Shown piece by piece: positions 33,803 to 43,948 of a DNA stretch of 64,000 nt. The notes beneath the pieces are model-generated. The model saw nothing but the letters and a program-made list of their open reading frames with translations, was not told the DNA's origin and did no database searches. The DNA is taken from positions 160,001 through 224,000 of the forward strand of contig JBFXLE010000005.1 in the NCBI GenBank assembly GCA_050173015.1. The letters are read 5' to 3'. Position numbers and translations under genes: made by a program. The stretch's first letter is position 1; each line of letters starts with the position of its first letter. This DNA is from Calditrichaceae bacterium. Its GTDB lineage: Bacteria; Calditrichota; Calditrichia; Calditrichales; JBFXGD01.

Positions 33803-34748
33803 AAGAAGGATAAGAAAAAAGATAAAAGAAAAAAGAGTAAGACAGACTGTTTCCCCCTGGCCACAGGGGGACTAAGGGGGTTGTTTTTTTGTCGTAAGTA
33901 AGAAGTAGGAATTTAAGAGCGTTAAGAGAAAAGAGTTAAGAGTGGGGAAAGAAAGTAAGAAGTAGGAAGTAGGAAGTAAGAATTTTAAGAAAAAAGATAA
34001 AAGAAAAAAGAATTAAGAGTTTAAGATACAACTATTGTGTTGCGGAATTCTTCGGGGCGAATTTTCTGTTCGAGTGGTTGAATTAGAAAAACGGAGAAAT
34101 TTATACGAGTTAAAATTCGCCAGGGCTTTTTGCTACTTTTTGGCCATTCAAAAAGTAGGGAGGGAGAAAAGGAAGAAGTAGGAAGTAAGAAGTAAGAAGT
34201 AAGAAGTAAGAAGTAAGAATTGTTAAGAGTAAAGAGTGTAAGAGTAGGGGCGCGATGCTCGCGCCCTAAGAAGAGAGCAAGAAGGATAAGAAAAAAGATA
34301 AAAGAAAAAAGAGTAAGACAGACTGTTTCCCCCTGGCCAAAGGGGACTAAGGGGGTTGTTTTTTTGTCGTAAGTAAGAAGTAGGAATTTAAGAGCGTTAA
34401 GAGAAAAGAGTTAAGAGTGGGGAAAGAAAGTAAGAAGTAGGAAGTAGGAAGTAAGAATTTTAAGAAAAAAGATAAAAGAAAAAAGAATTAAGAGTTTAAG
34501 ATACAACTATTGTGTTGCGGAATTCTTCGGGGCGAATTTTCTGTTCGAGTGGTTGAATTAGAAAAACGGAGAAATTTATACGAGTTAAAATTCGCCAGGG
34601 CTTTTTGCTACTTTTTGGCCATTCAAAAAGTAGGGAGGGAGAAAAGGAAGAAGTAGGAAGTAGGAAGTAGGAAGTAGGAAGTAAGAAGTAAGAAGTAAGA
34701 ATTGTTAAGAGTTAAGAGTGTAAGAGTAGGGGCGCGATGCTCGCGCCC
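33803..34748. repeat. 476-bp tandem duplication of a mosaic of heptamer repeats and three hairpin types
   Basis: 33803-34267 repeated at 34279-34748; AGTAAGA/AGTAGGA/GTTAAGA runs; CCCCCTG..CAGGGGG; GGCGAATTTT..AAAATTCGCC plus CTACTTTT..AAAAGTAG; GTAG-GGGCGCGA..TCGCGCCC. Confidence 0.92.
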
Positions 34749-34833
34749 CGGGAAGAACGTAGGCATCAGAGTTTTCATGTAATCATCTAATTCAAAGTTC
34801 AAACAATCTTTAATCCCAGTTCAGACAATGGCA

Positions 34834-34865
34834 AAAAAAAGCCGGACCTGAAACAGGGCCGGCTT
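34834..34865 (-). terminator. intrinsic terminator of rubrerythrin gene
   Basis: AAAAAAAGCCGG..CCGGCTT (stem plus U-tail on minus strand). Confidence 0.7.
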
Positions 34866-34886
34866 GATATTGATTCGATATGGTTA

Positions 34887-35465
34887 TTAATAATTTTCTG
34901 CCAGGATTTCAAAATACGACTGTGAATGAGCGCAAGCCGGGCATGCTTTTGGCGCTTCTTCGCCTTCATGCAGATAACCGCAGTTGCGGCAGCGCCAGAC
35001 GATTTTGTCATCACGGCGAAACACGATTTCATCTTCAATGTTGTCAGCAAGCTTTTGATACCGGCCGCAGTGATATTTTTCGGCGTTGGCCACATATTCG
35101 AACACTTTCGCGATGCCTTCAAAGCCTTCTTCTCTCGCGATTTTAGCGAACCCCGGATACATTTCGGTGTACTCGTGTTTTTCACCGGCGGCAGCCGCGC
35201 GCAGATTTTCTTCGGTTGATCCAATCATTCCTGCCGGAAAGGCCGCTTTAATTTCCACATCGCCGCCCTGAAGATATTTAAAGAACCGTTTGGCGTGTTC
35301 CTTTTCCTGATTGGCGGTTTCCTCAAATATTTCAGCGATCTGTATATAGCCCTCTTTTCTTGCCTGACTTGCGTAAAATGTGTAGCGGTTCCGCGCCTGT
35401 GATTCACCTGCGAATGCGGTTAGCAGATTGATCTCGGTTCTGGTCCCTTTTAGTGATTTAGTCAT
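34887..35465 (-). CDS. rbr: rubrerythrin
   Basis: AFAGESQARNRY, EKEH, EKYH; C-terminal CRNC/CPAC rubredoxin domain. Confidence 0.96.
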   Translation of the reverse strand: MTKSLKGTRTEINLLTAFAGESQARNRYTFYASQARKEGYIQIAEIFEETANQEKEHAKRFFKYLQGGDVEIKAAFPAGMIGSTEENLRAAAAGEKHEYTEMYPGFAKIAREEGFEGIAKVFEYVANAEKYHCGRYQKLADNIEDEIVFRRDDKIVWRCRNCGYLHEGEEAPKACPACAHSQSYFEILAENY

Positions 35466-35640
35466 ACTTAATACTCCTTCCATCAATGAATAGATACCAT
35501 TACATCAGGAACATATCAAATTAATCATGATGTTGACTATTAATATAAAGATATTTTTCACATTATGAAATCGAAAAAAGATTTCACAACATAACATTGA
35601 TGGATATCAAATTTAAAAAAGAAAGAAGGTTGAGGAAGAT

Positions 35641-35668
35641 AAAGCCGGCAGAGTATATCTCTGCCGGC
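35641..35668 (-). terminator. probable terminator
   Basis: GCCGGCAGAG-TATAT-CTCTGCCGGC hairpin after the DUF2911 gene. Confidence 0.65.
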
Positions 35669-35677
35669 CAGAAATGA

Positions 35678-36736
35678 TTATTTTTTCTTTAGCTTCTGAA
35701 GTATATCATTGATGCGCTGTTTCTGGGTATCGCCTGTGACCATGTTATGCGCTCTGGTGTAATTTTCAAGAGCCAGCTTATAATTACCGTCATTTGCATA
35801 CGCTTCACCAAGACTGTCATAGACATTCCATGAATCCGGGTAGCGTTTTACATTCATTTTAAAGATATCAATCGCTTTAGGGATGTCGCCTCTGTTCATC
35901 ACTTCATAACCCCAGTTGTTCAATTCGGCTTCAGTGGCCATTTCCAGAGCCTTGTTTTTTAATTTATCCGCCTCTGCCTTATTGCCTTTTCGATTTATGA
36001 TTTCGGATTTCAGATTAAAATTGGTGAAATTAGGTGTCATCGAGATGGAATGATCGATCCACTCTTCCGCCTGCTCCGGAAATACATTGTTTTTATAACA
36101 GTAGTTCGCTGCATCATACCAACCCCGCCAGCTGAACCGGGGAAGCGACCGAAGTTCCTTCCGCATATTGTTCACAACGGAAGCATGCACATCGATTGCC
36201 ACATCGAACGAAACCATCAGTTTCTCCCAGTGCAGGCTTACCCGTACCGAATTTTCGGTTGGATCAATAAACCGGTATTCCAGCCGCTCGACAAATTCAG
36301 CCGGTGCGGGAATCGCTGAAACCCTCAGGGCGTCTTCCGCCGCATCATAACTAAAACTTCCCCATGCCGCGTTCATTTTACTAAAAATCAAAGTCCATTC
36401 TTTTTCGGAAGGGATGATATGAAATCCATAAGTCCCCGCCGGAAGATCTTTGCCGTTTATCTTGACCGGATCGCTGAAAGAGATAGTTGTGTTTTCATTG
36501 GCGCCCGCCCGCCACATCTTATTATAGGGCACGAGATCATCCCATATTTGCCGCCCCTTTACTGCCGGGCGGTGATAGGTAATCGTAATTTCTGTCAGGC
36601 CGATGGTTTGGCTCACCATCGCTGCGGGACTGGTTCTGGGCATCGTCAGGGCAGGTTGCGATGATGCCCTGTTAACAAAAAACAGTCCTGAGATAAAAAA
36701 AATGACCATTACCGAAACAAAAAACTCTTTACGCAT
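35678..36736 (-). CDS. DUF2911 domain protein with TPR repeats
   Basis: SPAAMVSQTIG, YHRPAVKGR, WRAGANENT; NVYDSLGEAY TPR. Confidence 0.9.
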   Translation of the reverse strand: MRKEFFVSVMVIFFISGLFFVNRASSQPALTMPRTSPAAMVSQTIGLTEITITYHRPAVKGRQIWDDLVPYNKMWRAGANENTTISFSDPVKINGKDLPAGTYGFHIIPSEKEWTLIFSKMNAAWGSFSYDAAEDALRVSAIPAPAEFVERLEYRFIDPTENSVRVSLHWEKLMVSFDVAIDVHASVVNNMRKELRSLPRFSWRGWYDAANYCYKNNVFPEQAEEWIDHSISMTPNFTNFNLKSEIINRKGNKAEADKLKNKALEMATEAELNNWGYEVMNRGDIPKAIDIFKMNVKRYPDSWNVYDSLGEAYANDGNYKLALENYTRAHNMVTGDTQKQRINDILQKLKKK

Positions 36737-36949
36737 AATTTTCCCCCTGATGTCTGATACTTATTCATGTTTTAGATATAATAAATTCACTTTGACTTTA
36801 TTCATATTACATTAAAAGTAAGCAAAAAATTCCTGAGCGGATAAGTCTGTTTGCATCAAAGATGGCTTGATGAACTAAATGGAAGCTTGTATGAGTTATA
36901 TATGCCGTTTGCAGAAAAAGTAGAATCTCAAAAAATAAGGAGTCATAAA

Positions 36950-37486
36950 TTGAAGTGGTTACTGCGTATTGGCATAGGGGTAGTGATATTAATCTTTGCG
37001 GCGTTTATGGTGATGTTTGTATGGAGCGGCGCGGCAAAGGGAATCGGACATAGTGAAATAAAAATTCAGATCGACCGTCCGGCCGCGGAAGTGTTCGAAT
37101 GGATCACGGATACAGATAAACTTAAATCATGGATGGAAGGATTTGTTGAAGAAAAGCCTTTGAATGGTGACAGCCTGAGGATCGGCGCCAGGTCGATGCT
37201 TATTATCGAATATGATGAACAGATTTATGAAATGGAAATGGAAATCACTGACCTTGAAATAAACCGCTTACTGGAAGTAAAAATCAGCGCGATCGGTTGG
37301 GATGAAACTTCCCGATATGTCTTGAATGAATCGGACGGCAGCACGACCCTTCTGTTCAAAGATGAAACGCAATACAAACATACTTTTGCAAAACTGATGG
37401 AGCCGCTGATCACTTTGTCCGCGAGAAATCATTTTCAAAAGAACTTTACGCGATTAAAAACACTGGCGGAGTCCGCTGAAATGTGA
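36950..37486 (+). CDS. SRPBCC family protein with N-terminal TM
   Basis: IQIDRPAAEVFEWITD..W; TTG 36950 after AAGGAG. Confidence 0.8.
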   Translation: MKWLLRIGIGVVILIFAAFMVMFVWSGAAKGIGHSEIKIQIDRPAAEVFEWITDTDKLKSWMEGFVEEKPLNGDSLRIGARSMLIIEYDEQIYEMEMEITDLEINRLLEVKISAIGWDETSRYVLNESDGSTTLLFKDETQYKHTFAKLMEPLITLSARNHFQKNFTRLKTLAESAEM

Positions 37487-37505
37487 CACCTCTCCGAAGA
37501 ATAAA

Positions 37506-38099
37506 TCAACGAATTTCATAACGCATGATGGGACGTGTTTCCGAACGGCGGGCCGCTTCCTTAAATCCGGCCTTGCGAAAAGCGGATGCCAGTCCGGTCC
37601 AGGCGAAAGCATCGGGCAACTGATCTTTTTTGGGTTCAACCGGATAACCTTCGATCAGATTGCCTCCATTTTGTTTGACATAGATAGTGGCGGCCTTCAG
37701 CAGGTTGACGGTTAAGCCTTGTTTTCGGAATCGCTTGTCAATAAAGAAGCATACTACTGACCATACGGGGCGGCTATCCAATGGCTTTAAGATTCTCGAG
37801 CGCTCCAGCACCGAATACTGATCACGCGGGGCCACCGAGCACCATCCTACCGGCTGACCATCCCAGTAGGCGAGTATTCCGGGCACTTCACCGCCAAGGA
37901 TAATCGATCTCATCGCTTTTTTGTTTTTTTCACCCTTGTTTTTTTCAAACTCGGACCGCCTGATACGCCACCACATACACCAGCAGCCGGCGCAGGCTCC
38001 GCGTTCACCGAATAATGTTTCAAAATCGTGCCATCGGCCGGCGTTTACGGGGTAAAATTCAAATCCGTCAACGATATTGATTGGCTGTTCTGCTGACAT
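37506..38099 (-). CDS. GNAT family N-acetyltransferase
   Basis: CWCMWWR, GWCSVAPR, RFRKQGL, EGYP. Confidence 0.9.
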   Translation of the reverse strand: MSAEQPINIVDGFEFYPVNAGRWHDFETLFGERGACAGCWCMWWRIRRSEFEKNKGEKNKKAMRSIILGGEVPGILAYWDGQPVGWCSVAPRDQYSVLERSRILKPLDSRPVWSVVCFFIDKRFRKQGLTVNLLKAATIYVKQNGGNLIEGYPVEPKKDQLPDAFAWTGLASAFRKAGFKEAARRSETRPIMRYEIR

Positions 38100-38133
38100 T
38101 TTGTTCTACCTTCTATCCAATCAATTATATATG

Positions 38134-38168
38134 AAAAAAAGACCGGTGTTGGATACGTCCGGCCTTTT
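38134..38168 (-). terminator. probable terminator
   Basis: AAAAAAAGACCGG..CCGGCCTTTT. Confidence 0.55.
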
Positions 38169-38189
38169 AACAATTATTTGAATGTTTTA

Positions 38190-38603
38190 TTACTTTGCCG
38201 CTTCCGCCGGTTTATAAATGAGAGAGGCGACGATGCCGTCAATGACCAGCTGAATATATCCGAACGCGATCCACATCAATGTGAGGTTTAATGAAATATC
38301 GAATGTTACATATTGAGCGAACATGCCGGGAATCATTGTCAAAGAGGCGATGATCAGTCCATAGCGGACACCCTCCATGACACCCCGACCTTCATAGCCA
38401 CGGGCAAAAATGAACACAAAAAAGTAAATAAATACCACCTCGGCCAGATACATCACCCACATCAGGCTTTCCATATTTTCACGCCAAACACCGGTCATTG
38501 CCTGGTAGGTTGGACCAAGAATGACGGCGTGGATGACAAAATTTAGAATTTCGTGGACGATGTAAACAATAAACGTCGCGGTAATAATTTTTTTCCAGTT
38601 CAT
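38190..38603 (-). CDS. small 4-TM membrane protein
   Basis: Hydrophobic; GGAGG RBS; EGVRYG motif. Confidence 0.75.
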   Translation of the reverse strand: MNWKKIITATFIVYIVHEILNFVIHAVILGPTYQAMTGVWRENMESLMWVMYLAEVVFIYFFVFIFARGYEGRGVMEGVRYGLIIASLTMIPGMFAQYVTFDISLNLTLMWIAFGYIQLVIDGIVASLIYKPAEAAK

Positions 38604-38690
38604 CTCCCCTCCCAATTGATAAATAAGTGATGGTTGAAAAAGTCACTCTTCAATCTAACGCAAACAAAAAGGATAGACAATAAAATGATT

Positions 38691-38818
38691 AAAAAGTAGG
38701 GAGGAAGAAGTAGGAAGTAAGAATTGTTAAGTGTTAAGGGTGTAGGAGTAGGGGCGCGTAACTCGCGCCCTGAACAGAAAGCAGATAACGCATCAGAGTT
38801 GTCATGTAATCACCTCAA
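38691..38818. repeat. partial third copy of the right end of the 33.8-34.7 kb mosaic, including a GTAG-REP
   Basis: AAAAAGTAGGGAGG..AGTAGGAAGTAAGAATTGTTAAG..GTAGGGGCGCGTAACTCGCGCCCT..GCATCAGAGTT.TCATGTAATCA matches 34625-34790. Confidence 0.85.
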
Positions 38819-38879
38819 TCATTGTTTAGACAAACACAGGGAGACGCGGCGTCATGGTTAAGATTTTTAAACGGGCATC

Positions 38880-39060
38880 GGTCCCGGGGCGGGTACCTCC
38901 GCCCCGGGGAAGGTCACTCCCTTCCGGGGAAGCGTTACTTTTCAAGAAGAAAGCATCACCTCGCCTCCGGGGAAGAAAAAGATTCACCGGGAAGGTTTGC
39001 CTCTCTTACGGGAAGCGCTAAAATTTTACCGGGGAAGTACAAAATCACTGCGGGAAATGT
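38880..39060. repeat. CCGGGGAAG motif recurring with about 21-bp period
   Basis: Copies near 38905, 38925, 38967, 38987, 39009, 39029, 39052. Confidence 0.65.
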
Positions 39061-39071
39061 TTAAGGACCAA

Positions 39072-39235
39072 TAGCCCCGACCTTCGGATCGGGGATGACA
39101 GGTAAACCAAAATAATCCCGGGTTTCAGCCCAGCTTCGGCTAAAGCCAAATAAAATAAGATTCCCGGCTGTCCACGAGCTATAGCCCGTGGCAATAAGTA
39201 TAAAGCGATTCATTGCCCCGACCTTCAGGTCGGGG
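39072..39235. repeat. REP-like cluster of a different family
   Basis: T(A/T)GCCCCGACCTTC(A/G)G(G/A)TCGGGG twice, GGGTTTCAGCCC, GGCTAAAGCC, inverted CCACGAGCTATAGCCCGTGGCAA. Confidence 0.8.
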
Positions 39236-39255
39236 GTAACCGATAAAGCGAAATC

Positions 39256-41175
39256 CTATTCGACTTGTTTTTTACTGGCAAGCATGAACAGGTAAGCGCC
39301 CAACAGGCAAAATATTATAAAAGAAACCGCTTCTCCCGCCAGTCCGTGCAAGCCAAAGCTGAGGCCGCCGGGCTTGGTGCCGGCCACAAAGGCAAATCCG
39401 GCGATGACAACCCCCATGATGCCCTCCCCGGCGATCAGCCCCGAACTAAACAGCACACCCGTATCGGTTTGTTTCTCGGCCACACCCTCTATCTTACGAT
39501 TCCGTCTCGCTTCCACAAAATATTTGATCACGCCACCCACAAATACGGGCGTCATGGTGGAAAGGGGCAGATAAATCCCAACCGCGAACGGCAGGGACGG
39601 CACGGACAGCAGTTCAGCCACAACGGCAAAACTGGCGCCGATGAGCACCAGACTCCAGGGCAGATTGGCCTGTAGAACACCGTCAACCACCGTTTTCATT
39701 AGCGTGGCCTGCGGAGCTGGGATCTCTTTTGATCCAAAACCATACACTTCACCAAGCGTCACCACCGCGAGGGCAATGAAGAATGCCGAGCTGAGAGTGC
39801 CGAATAATTCGCTTGCCTGTTGTTTCGCGGGTGTCGCGCCGAGCAAATAACCGGATTTTAAATCCTGCGAAATATCACCGGCGATCGACGCCGCGACCGC
39901 CACTACCGTCCCGATCGTCAGTACCGCTGTCTTGCTCATGGGATCTGTCCAGCCGAGCATATAAAACACGGCGCTCGTCCCCAGCAGGGTAACGATGGCC
40001 ATACCCGATGTGGGATTGGAGGATACACCCACCAGACCGACAATCCGGGAAGATACGGTAACAAATATAAAAGCAAACAACACAATGGCCAGAGATCCAA
40101 TGACACGCGTAATCATAATCTGATCCACACCAACCACATAAGGAGTGGCAATACTGGTGATCAGGAACAACGCAACCACCGCGATAACGACTTTAAATGA
40201 TAAATCACGGTCCGTCCGAATTCGTGAGGATATCTCTGTGACAGCTTTCGGCGAGAGTTCGCGAATTCCGATTTTCAGAGAATTGATCATGGTCGGGAGC
40301 GACTTGAATACGGTAATGACACCCGCCACCGCCACAGCACCGGCGCCGATATAACGGACGTAGCGTGTCCAGATAAGCTGCGGCGACATATCCACGATAA
40401 GTTTTTCGGTCTCCGGAAACATGGGCGTCGCGACCAGTTCCCCAAAATGGGCGATGGCCGGAATGATTCCTAGCCAGGACAGTAATCCGCCGGCAACCAT
40501 AATGGCGGAAATCCGGAATCCAAGAATATAGCCCACTCCCAGCAAAGCCGGTGTAGCTTCCAGTCCCAGCTCCCCTTTTTTGAGTCCGGGAATATTCATC
40601 GCTACTTCTGACGGCCATAATTTGGCAAAAGACAGCAAACCTTTATATATGGCGCCGAGGCCGAGTCCGTAAAACACAAATTTGGCTTTACTGCCTCCGC
40701 TGTCCGCCGCGATCAGAACCTGAGCCGCAGCCGTGCCCTCCGGATAGGGAAGCGATTCATGTTCTTTAACAATCAGAAACCGGCGCAAAGGAATCATAAA
40801 AACAATCCCCAGCATGCCGCCCAGTAATCCAAGAAGGGCGATCTGCGCGAGCTCGGGTTTAAATCCCCATATAAATAGGGCGGGTACGGTAAAGATGATT
40901 CCGGAAGCAAGGGATGAACTTGCGGAACCGGTAGTCTGGGCGATATTGGCTTCCAAAATAGACGCCTTCCCCCAGATCTTTTCGAATGATTTAAAGAGAG
41001 CCACCGAAATTACCGCCAACGGAATAGCGGTACTTATGGTTAATCCGACTCTTAATCCCAGATACGCGTTGGCGCTTCCGAAGAGGACACCGAACACGGC
41101 GCCGACAATCAACGCCCGTACACTAAAGTCCTTTAAATTTGAATCATGCGGTACATGCGGTTTAACTTCAGACAT
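39256..41175 (-). CDS. OPT family oligopeptide transporter
   Basis: YLGLRVGLT, EANIAQT, YPEGTA, QDLKSG, PAPQATLM, SGLIAGEG. Confidence 0.95.
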   Translation of the reverse strand: MSEVKPHVPHDSNLKDFSVRALIVGAVFGVLFGSANAYLGLRVGLTISTAIPLAVISVALFKSFEKIWGKASILEANIAQTTGSASSSLASGIIFTVPALFIWGFKPELAQIALLGLLGGMLGIVFMIPLRRFLIVKEHESLPYPEGTAAAQVLIAADSGGSKAKFVFYGLGLGAIYKGLLSFAKLWPSEVAMNIPGLKKGELGLEATPALLGVGYILGFRISAIMVAGGLLSWLGIIPAIAHFGELVATPMFPETEKLIVDMSPQLIWTRYVRYIGAGAVAVAGVITVFKSLPTMINSLKIGIRELSPKAVTEISSRIRTDRDLSFKVVIAVVALFLITSIATPYVVGVDQIMITRVIGSLAIVLFAFIFVTVSSRIVGLVGVSSNPTSGMAIVTLLGTSAVFYMLGWTDPMSKTAVLTIGTVVAVAASIAGDISQDLKSGYLLGATPAKQQASELFGTLSSAFFIALAVVTLGEVYGFGSKEIPAPQATLMKTVVDGVLQANLPWSLVLIGASFAVVAELLSVPSLPFAVGIYLPLSTMTPVFVGGVIKYFVEARRNRKIEGVAEKQTDTGVLFSSGLIAGEGIMGVVIAGFAFVAGTKPGGLSFGLHGLAGEAVSFIIFCLLGAYLFMLASKKQVE

Positions 41176-41251
41176 TGCTCTCCCCTGATGTTGAGATATT
41201 TGTTTCACCGTCTTTATTTATCATGATGATTGGTTTTCTTTCTAACCTGAT

Positions 41252-42118
41252 TCAGGTGGTTTTGCTTTCCGGTTTTATTAGTTCCGACAAATAAATTTTC
41301 ATTTCGGATACAACGGCCTTTGTATGGGTATTGTTGTTTGTCTCCATATCAACGTAGGTTGAATTTGTCAGATCGTGTACAATTTTCTTTAGGTTCCCCG
41401 GGTCGTGCAATTTATCCTTTGAAGCTCCGATAATCAACGCGGGATATTTAACATGTTCGAGAAAATCCCATATTTTATATTTTGCCAGGGATAAAACCGC
41501 TTTTTTCAGTTTCCATGGATCGGCAGCGTCAAGAGACGACGAATACTTTTCGAATTGGGCATAGTCGTGTTTAACATTCAGACGAAAATTTTTCAGATAC
41601 CACAGAACAGTTGGTTTGATCAGCTTATACATGGGGGGATAAAAAATGGTGACGAGGAAAATCCATGTTTTTGGAACCCTGAATTCCGCGTTTGGTCCTA
41701 CCAAAACAAGGCAGCGCGGATCGGATTTTAGCAAACGGCAGCTGTCAAGTATCGTAGTCGCGCCCAATGAGCTTCCGAAAAAGATATATTCACCGTCTTT
41801 TAAATTAAAGTGTTCGATGAGTTTGACAATATCCTGCCCCATATCGGCGACGCCGTATCCCACATCGCCTCTAACCCGGGATGATATTTTTTCACGTGTT
41901 TCGATATAGTACACATTAAATTCTTTTGTCATTTCCAGCAGAACTTCCCGCCAGGCGGAAATCTGAGATACCCATCCGGCGACAAATACAACCGATGGAT
42001 TTGAAGTTTTTTTAGGCGCGGTAAATGTAATTACCCGAAGAGAAACATGTTCGGATGTATCGATCATTTCATCCCTGAAAGACACGCCGGCAGCACAATA
42101 TTCCGTTAAATTTTCCAT
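41252..42118 (-). CDS. alpha/beta hydrolase
   Basis: VVFVAGW, GSSLG nucleophile elbow, DKLH, terminal H. Confidence 0.8.
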   Translation of the reverse strand: MENLTEYCAAGVSFRDEMIDTSEHVSLRVITFTAPKKTSNPSVVFVAGWVSQISAWREVLLEMTKEFNVYYIETREKISSRVRGDVGYGVADMGQDIVKLIEHFNLKDGEYIFFGSSLGATTILDSCRLLKSDPRCLVLVGPNAEFRVPKTWIFLVTIFYPPMYKLIKPTVLWYLKNFRLNVKHDYAQFEKYSSSLDAADPWKLKKAVLSLAKYKIWDFLEHVKYPALIIGASKDKLHDPGNLKKIVHDLTNSTYVDMETNNNTHTKAVVSEMKIYLSELIKPESKTT

Positions 42119-42184
42119 TATCCCTGTGATTTTTATTCTACATTATTAGATTAATTTAAGCCGTTTTTCAACTTTTGCTTTCAG

Positions 42185-43771
42185 TTAATGCGAATTATTC
42201 ATCCTGGCATACCATTTCTTGTTCTGTTTGTACACATTTCTAAACTCGGCGTACATTTTGTCATAGAGCGATCTGTTGGCCGGATTTGGATTATATTGTT
42301 TTTCGATTTTAATATATTTTTTTATTTCTTCAAAGGATTTAATATAGCCCAGGCTCATGCTTGCCAGTAGTGCCACACCTTTGCCGGCAGCCTCCTGCGG
42401 ATCTGATACCTGGTTAATATTCCGGTTAGTCACGTCGGCGATAATCTGACACCAGACGCTGCTTTTCGCGCCTCCGCCGATGATATTTAGTTCATCGACT
42501 TTATCATACAGATTTTCCAGCGTCTCCATTGCCCAGCGGGTATTGAAGGCAACTCCCTCAAAGACGGCTCTCACAATATGCTCTCTCGAATGGTTTAGAC
42601 CGATATTATAGAGTCCTCCCCGTACATGATTGTCATCAAGGGGGCAGCGTTCTCCAAACAGCCAGGGGGTGAACATCAACCCATCCGATCCCGGTGGCGC
42701 TGATTCCGCGAGCTGATCCAGAAGCTGAAAAATTTCGCTGACGTTGCCTTCTTCCTTTAGCTGTTCTTCGTGATAAAGTACCTTTGTTTTCAGCCATTCC
42801 AGACATAATCCCGCGGTTTCCTGATGAGCAAGTCCGAGATAATATTTTTTCGGCCAGGTGCTGCCGATGCATCCCGCGTAGTGGACAAGATCGATTTTTC
42901 GTTTGGTAAAATGTCCGGCAACGCCACCGCTCGTGCCGATCCTGATGTGCAGTTCCCCGTTGTCAATCGCTCCGGACCCCAGCGCCGATGCGCTCAGGTC
43001 GCCGGCGCCGTTGATGATCGGTGTGCCGGGCAGTAATCCTGTTTCCGCGGCGGCTTCAGGCGTCAGCTCCCCTGCGATAGCCGCGCTCTCTTTTACCTCG
43101 GCAAGACGCTCGGGTATGATACCGGGGATTTTACATAATCCGGAGTGCCACTCATTTTTATTTTTTCTGGTATCAAGAAGCCACCATATCACCGCCAGAT
43201 CGACGGAAGTGACAAATTTTCCGGTGAGCTTATAGATGATAAAATCCTTGGCGTCGATAAATTTATACGTTTGCGCGAATATGTCCGGCTTATTTTTTTT
43301 AAGCCAAAGCATTTTCGCGATGATATCTTTCCCGGTGTGTCCGGGAGTCCCTCCGGTTATTTTTAGAAATTTAAGGAGCCGGAATATATTAAAACCGAGA
43401 ACCCGCGGAGCCGTCCATAAAGTATCTTTCAAAATTTCCGCGCTGCGCACATCAAGCCAGCTCATGGCGGGAGTCAGAGGTTCACCGGATTCGGATACCG
43501 GAATAAGATTTTGCATCTGTGACGCGAAGGTTACTCCGACCACATCTTTGGGTTCGACACCTGATTTTTTTAACACGGTCCGCGTATTATCGCAGACCGC
43601 ATCCCACCAGTCCAGTGGATTTTGTTCGGCGTAACCCGATTTGGGATGACTTAAATGGTAGGTTTTTTTGGCGGTGTCAATGATTTCTCCGAAAACTGTC
43701 GTTAAGAGGACTTTGTCGGAGCTGGTTCCCATATCATGCGTAATAATGTACTTTTCGGGCATAGGCTGCAA
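42185..43771 (-). CDS. FGGY-family carbohydrate kinase (xylulokinase-like)
   Basis: DMGTSS, EQNPLDWW, GAGD, IGTSG, GERCP, GGGAKS. Confidence 0.92.
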   Translation of the reverse strand: MQPMPEKYIITHDMGTSSDKVLLTTVFGEIIDTAKKTYHLSHPKSGYAEQNPLDWWDAVCDNTRTVLKKSGVEPKDVVGVTFASQMQNLIPVSESGEPLTPAMSWLDVRSAEILKDTLWTAPRVLGFNIFRLLKFLKITGGTPGHTGKDIIAKMLWLKKNKPDIFAQTYKFIDAKDFIIYKLTGKFVTSVDLAVIWWLLDTRKNKNEWHSGLCKIPGIIPERLAEVKESAAIAGELTPEAAAETGLLPGTPIINGAGDLSASALGSGAIDNGELHIRIGTSGGVAGHFTKRKIDLVHYAGCIGSTWPKKYYLGLAHQETAGLCLEWLKTKVLYHEEQLKEEGNVSEIFQLLDQLAESAPPGSDGLMFTPWLFGERCPLDDNHVRGGLYNIGLNHSREHIVRAVFEGVAFNTRWAMETLENLYDKVDELNIIGGGAKSSVWCQIIADVTNRNINQVSDPQEAAGKGVALLASMSLGYIKSFEEIKKYIKIEKQYNPNPANRSLYDKMYAEFRNVYKQNKKWYARMNNSH

Positions 43772-43948
43772 TCTCTCTTTTCAGTTACTGACTCTATACG
43801 AATATAATAATACGCGATATTATATTAAGGATTTCCCTTTCAGCACAACCGGGTTTCTTTAACCTTTTTCATATTTGGAGATGTTGACAATAAATCATAT
43901 AATCACCACAACTTTGGAAAACTTTTTATTAAACAGAGAATCATGGTA

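Noticed and set aside
33803-34748. Assembly artefact or CRISPR
   Set aside because: Copies differ in heptamer number and point changes; no repeat-spacer structure
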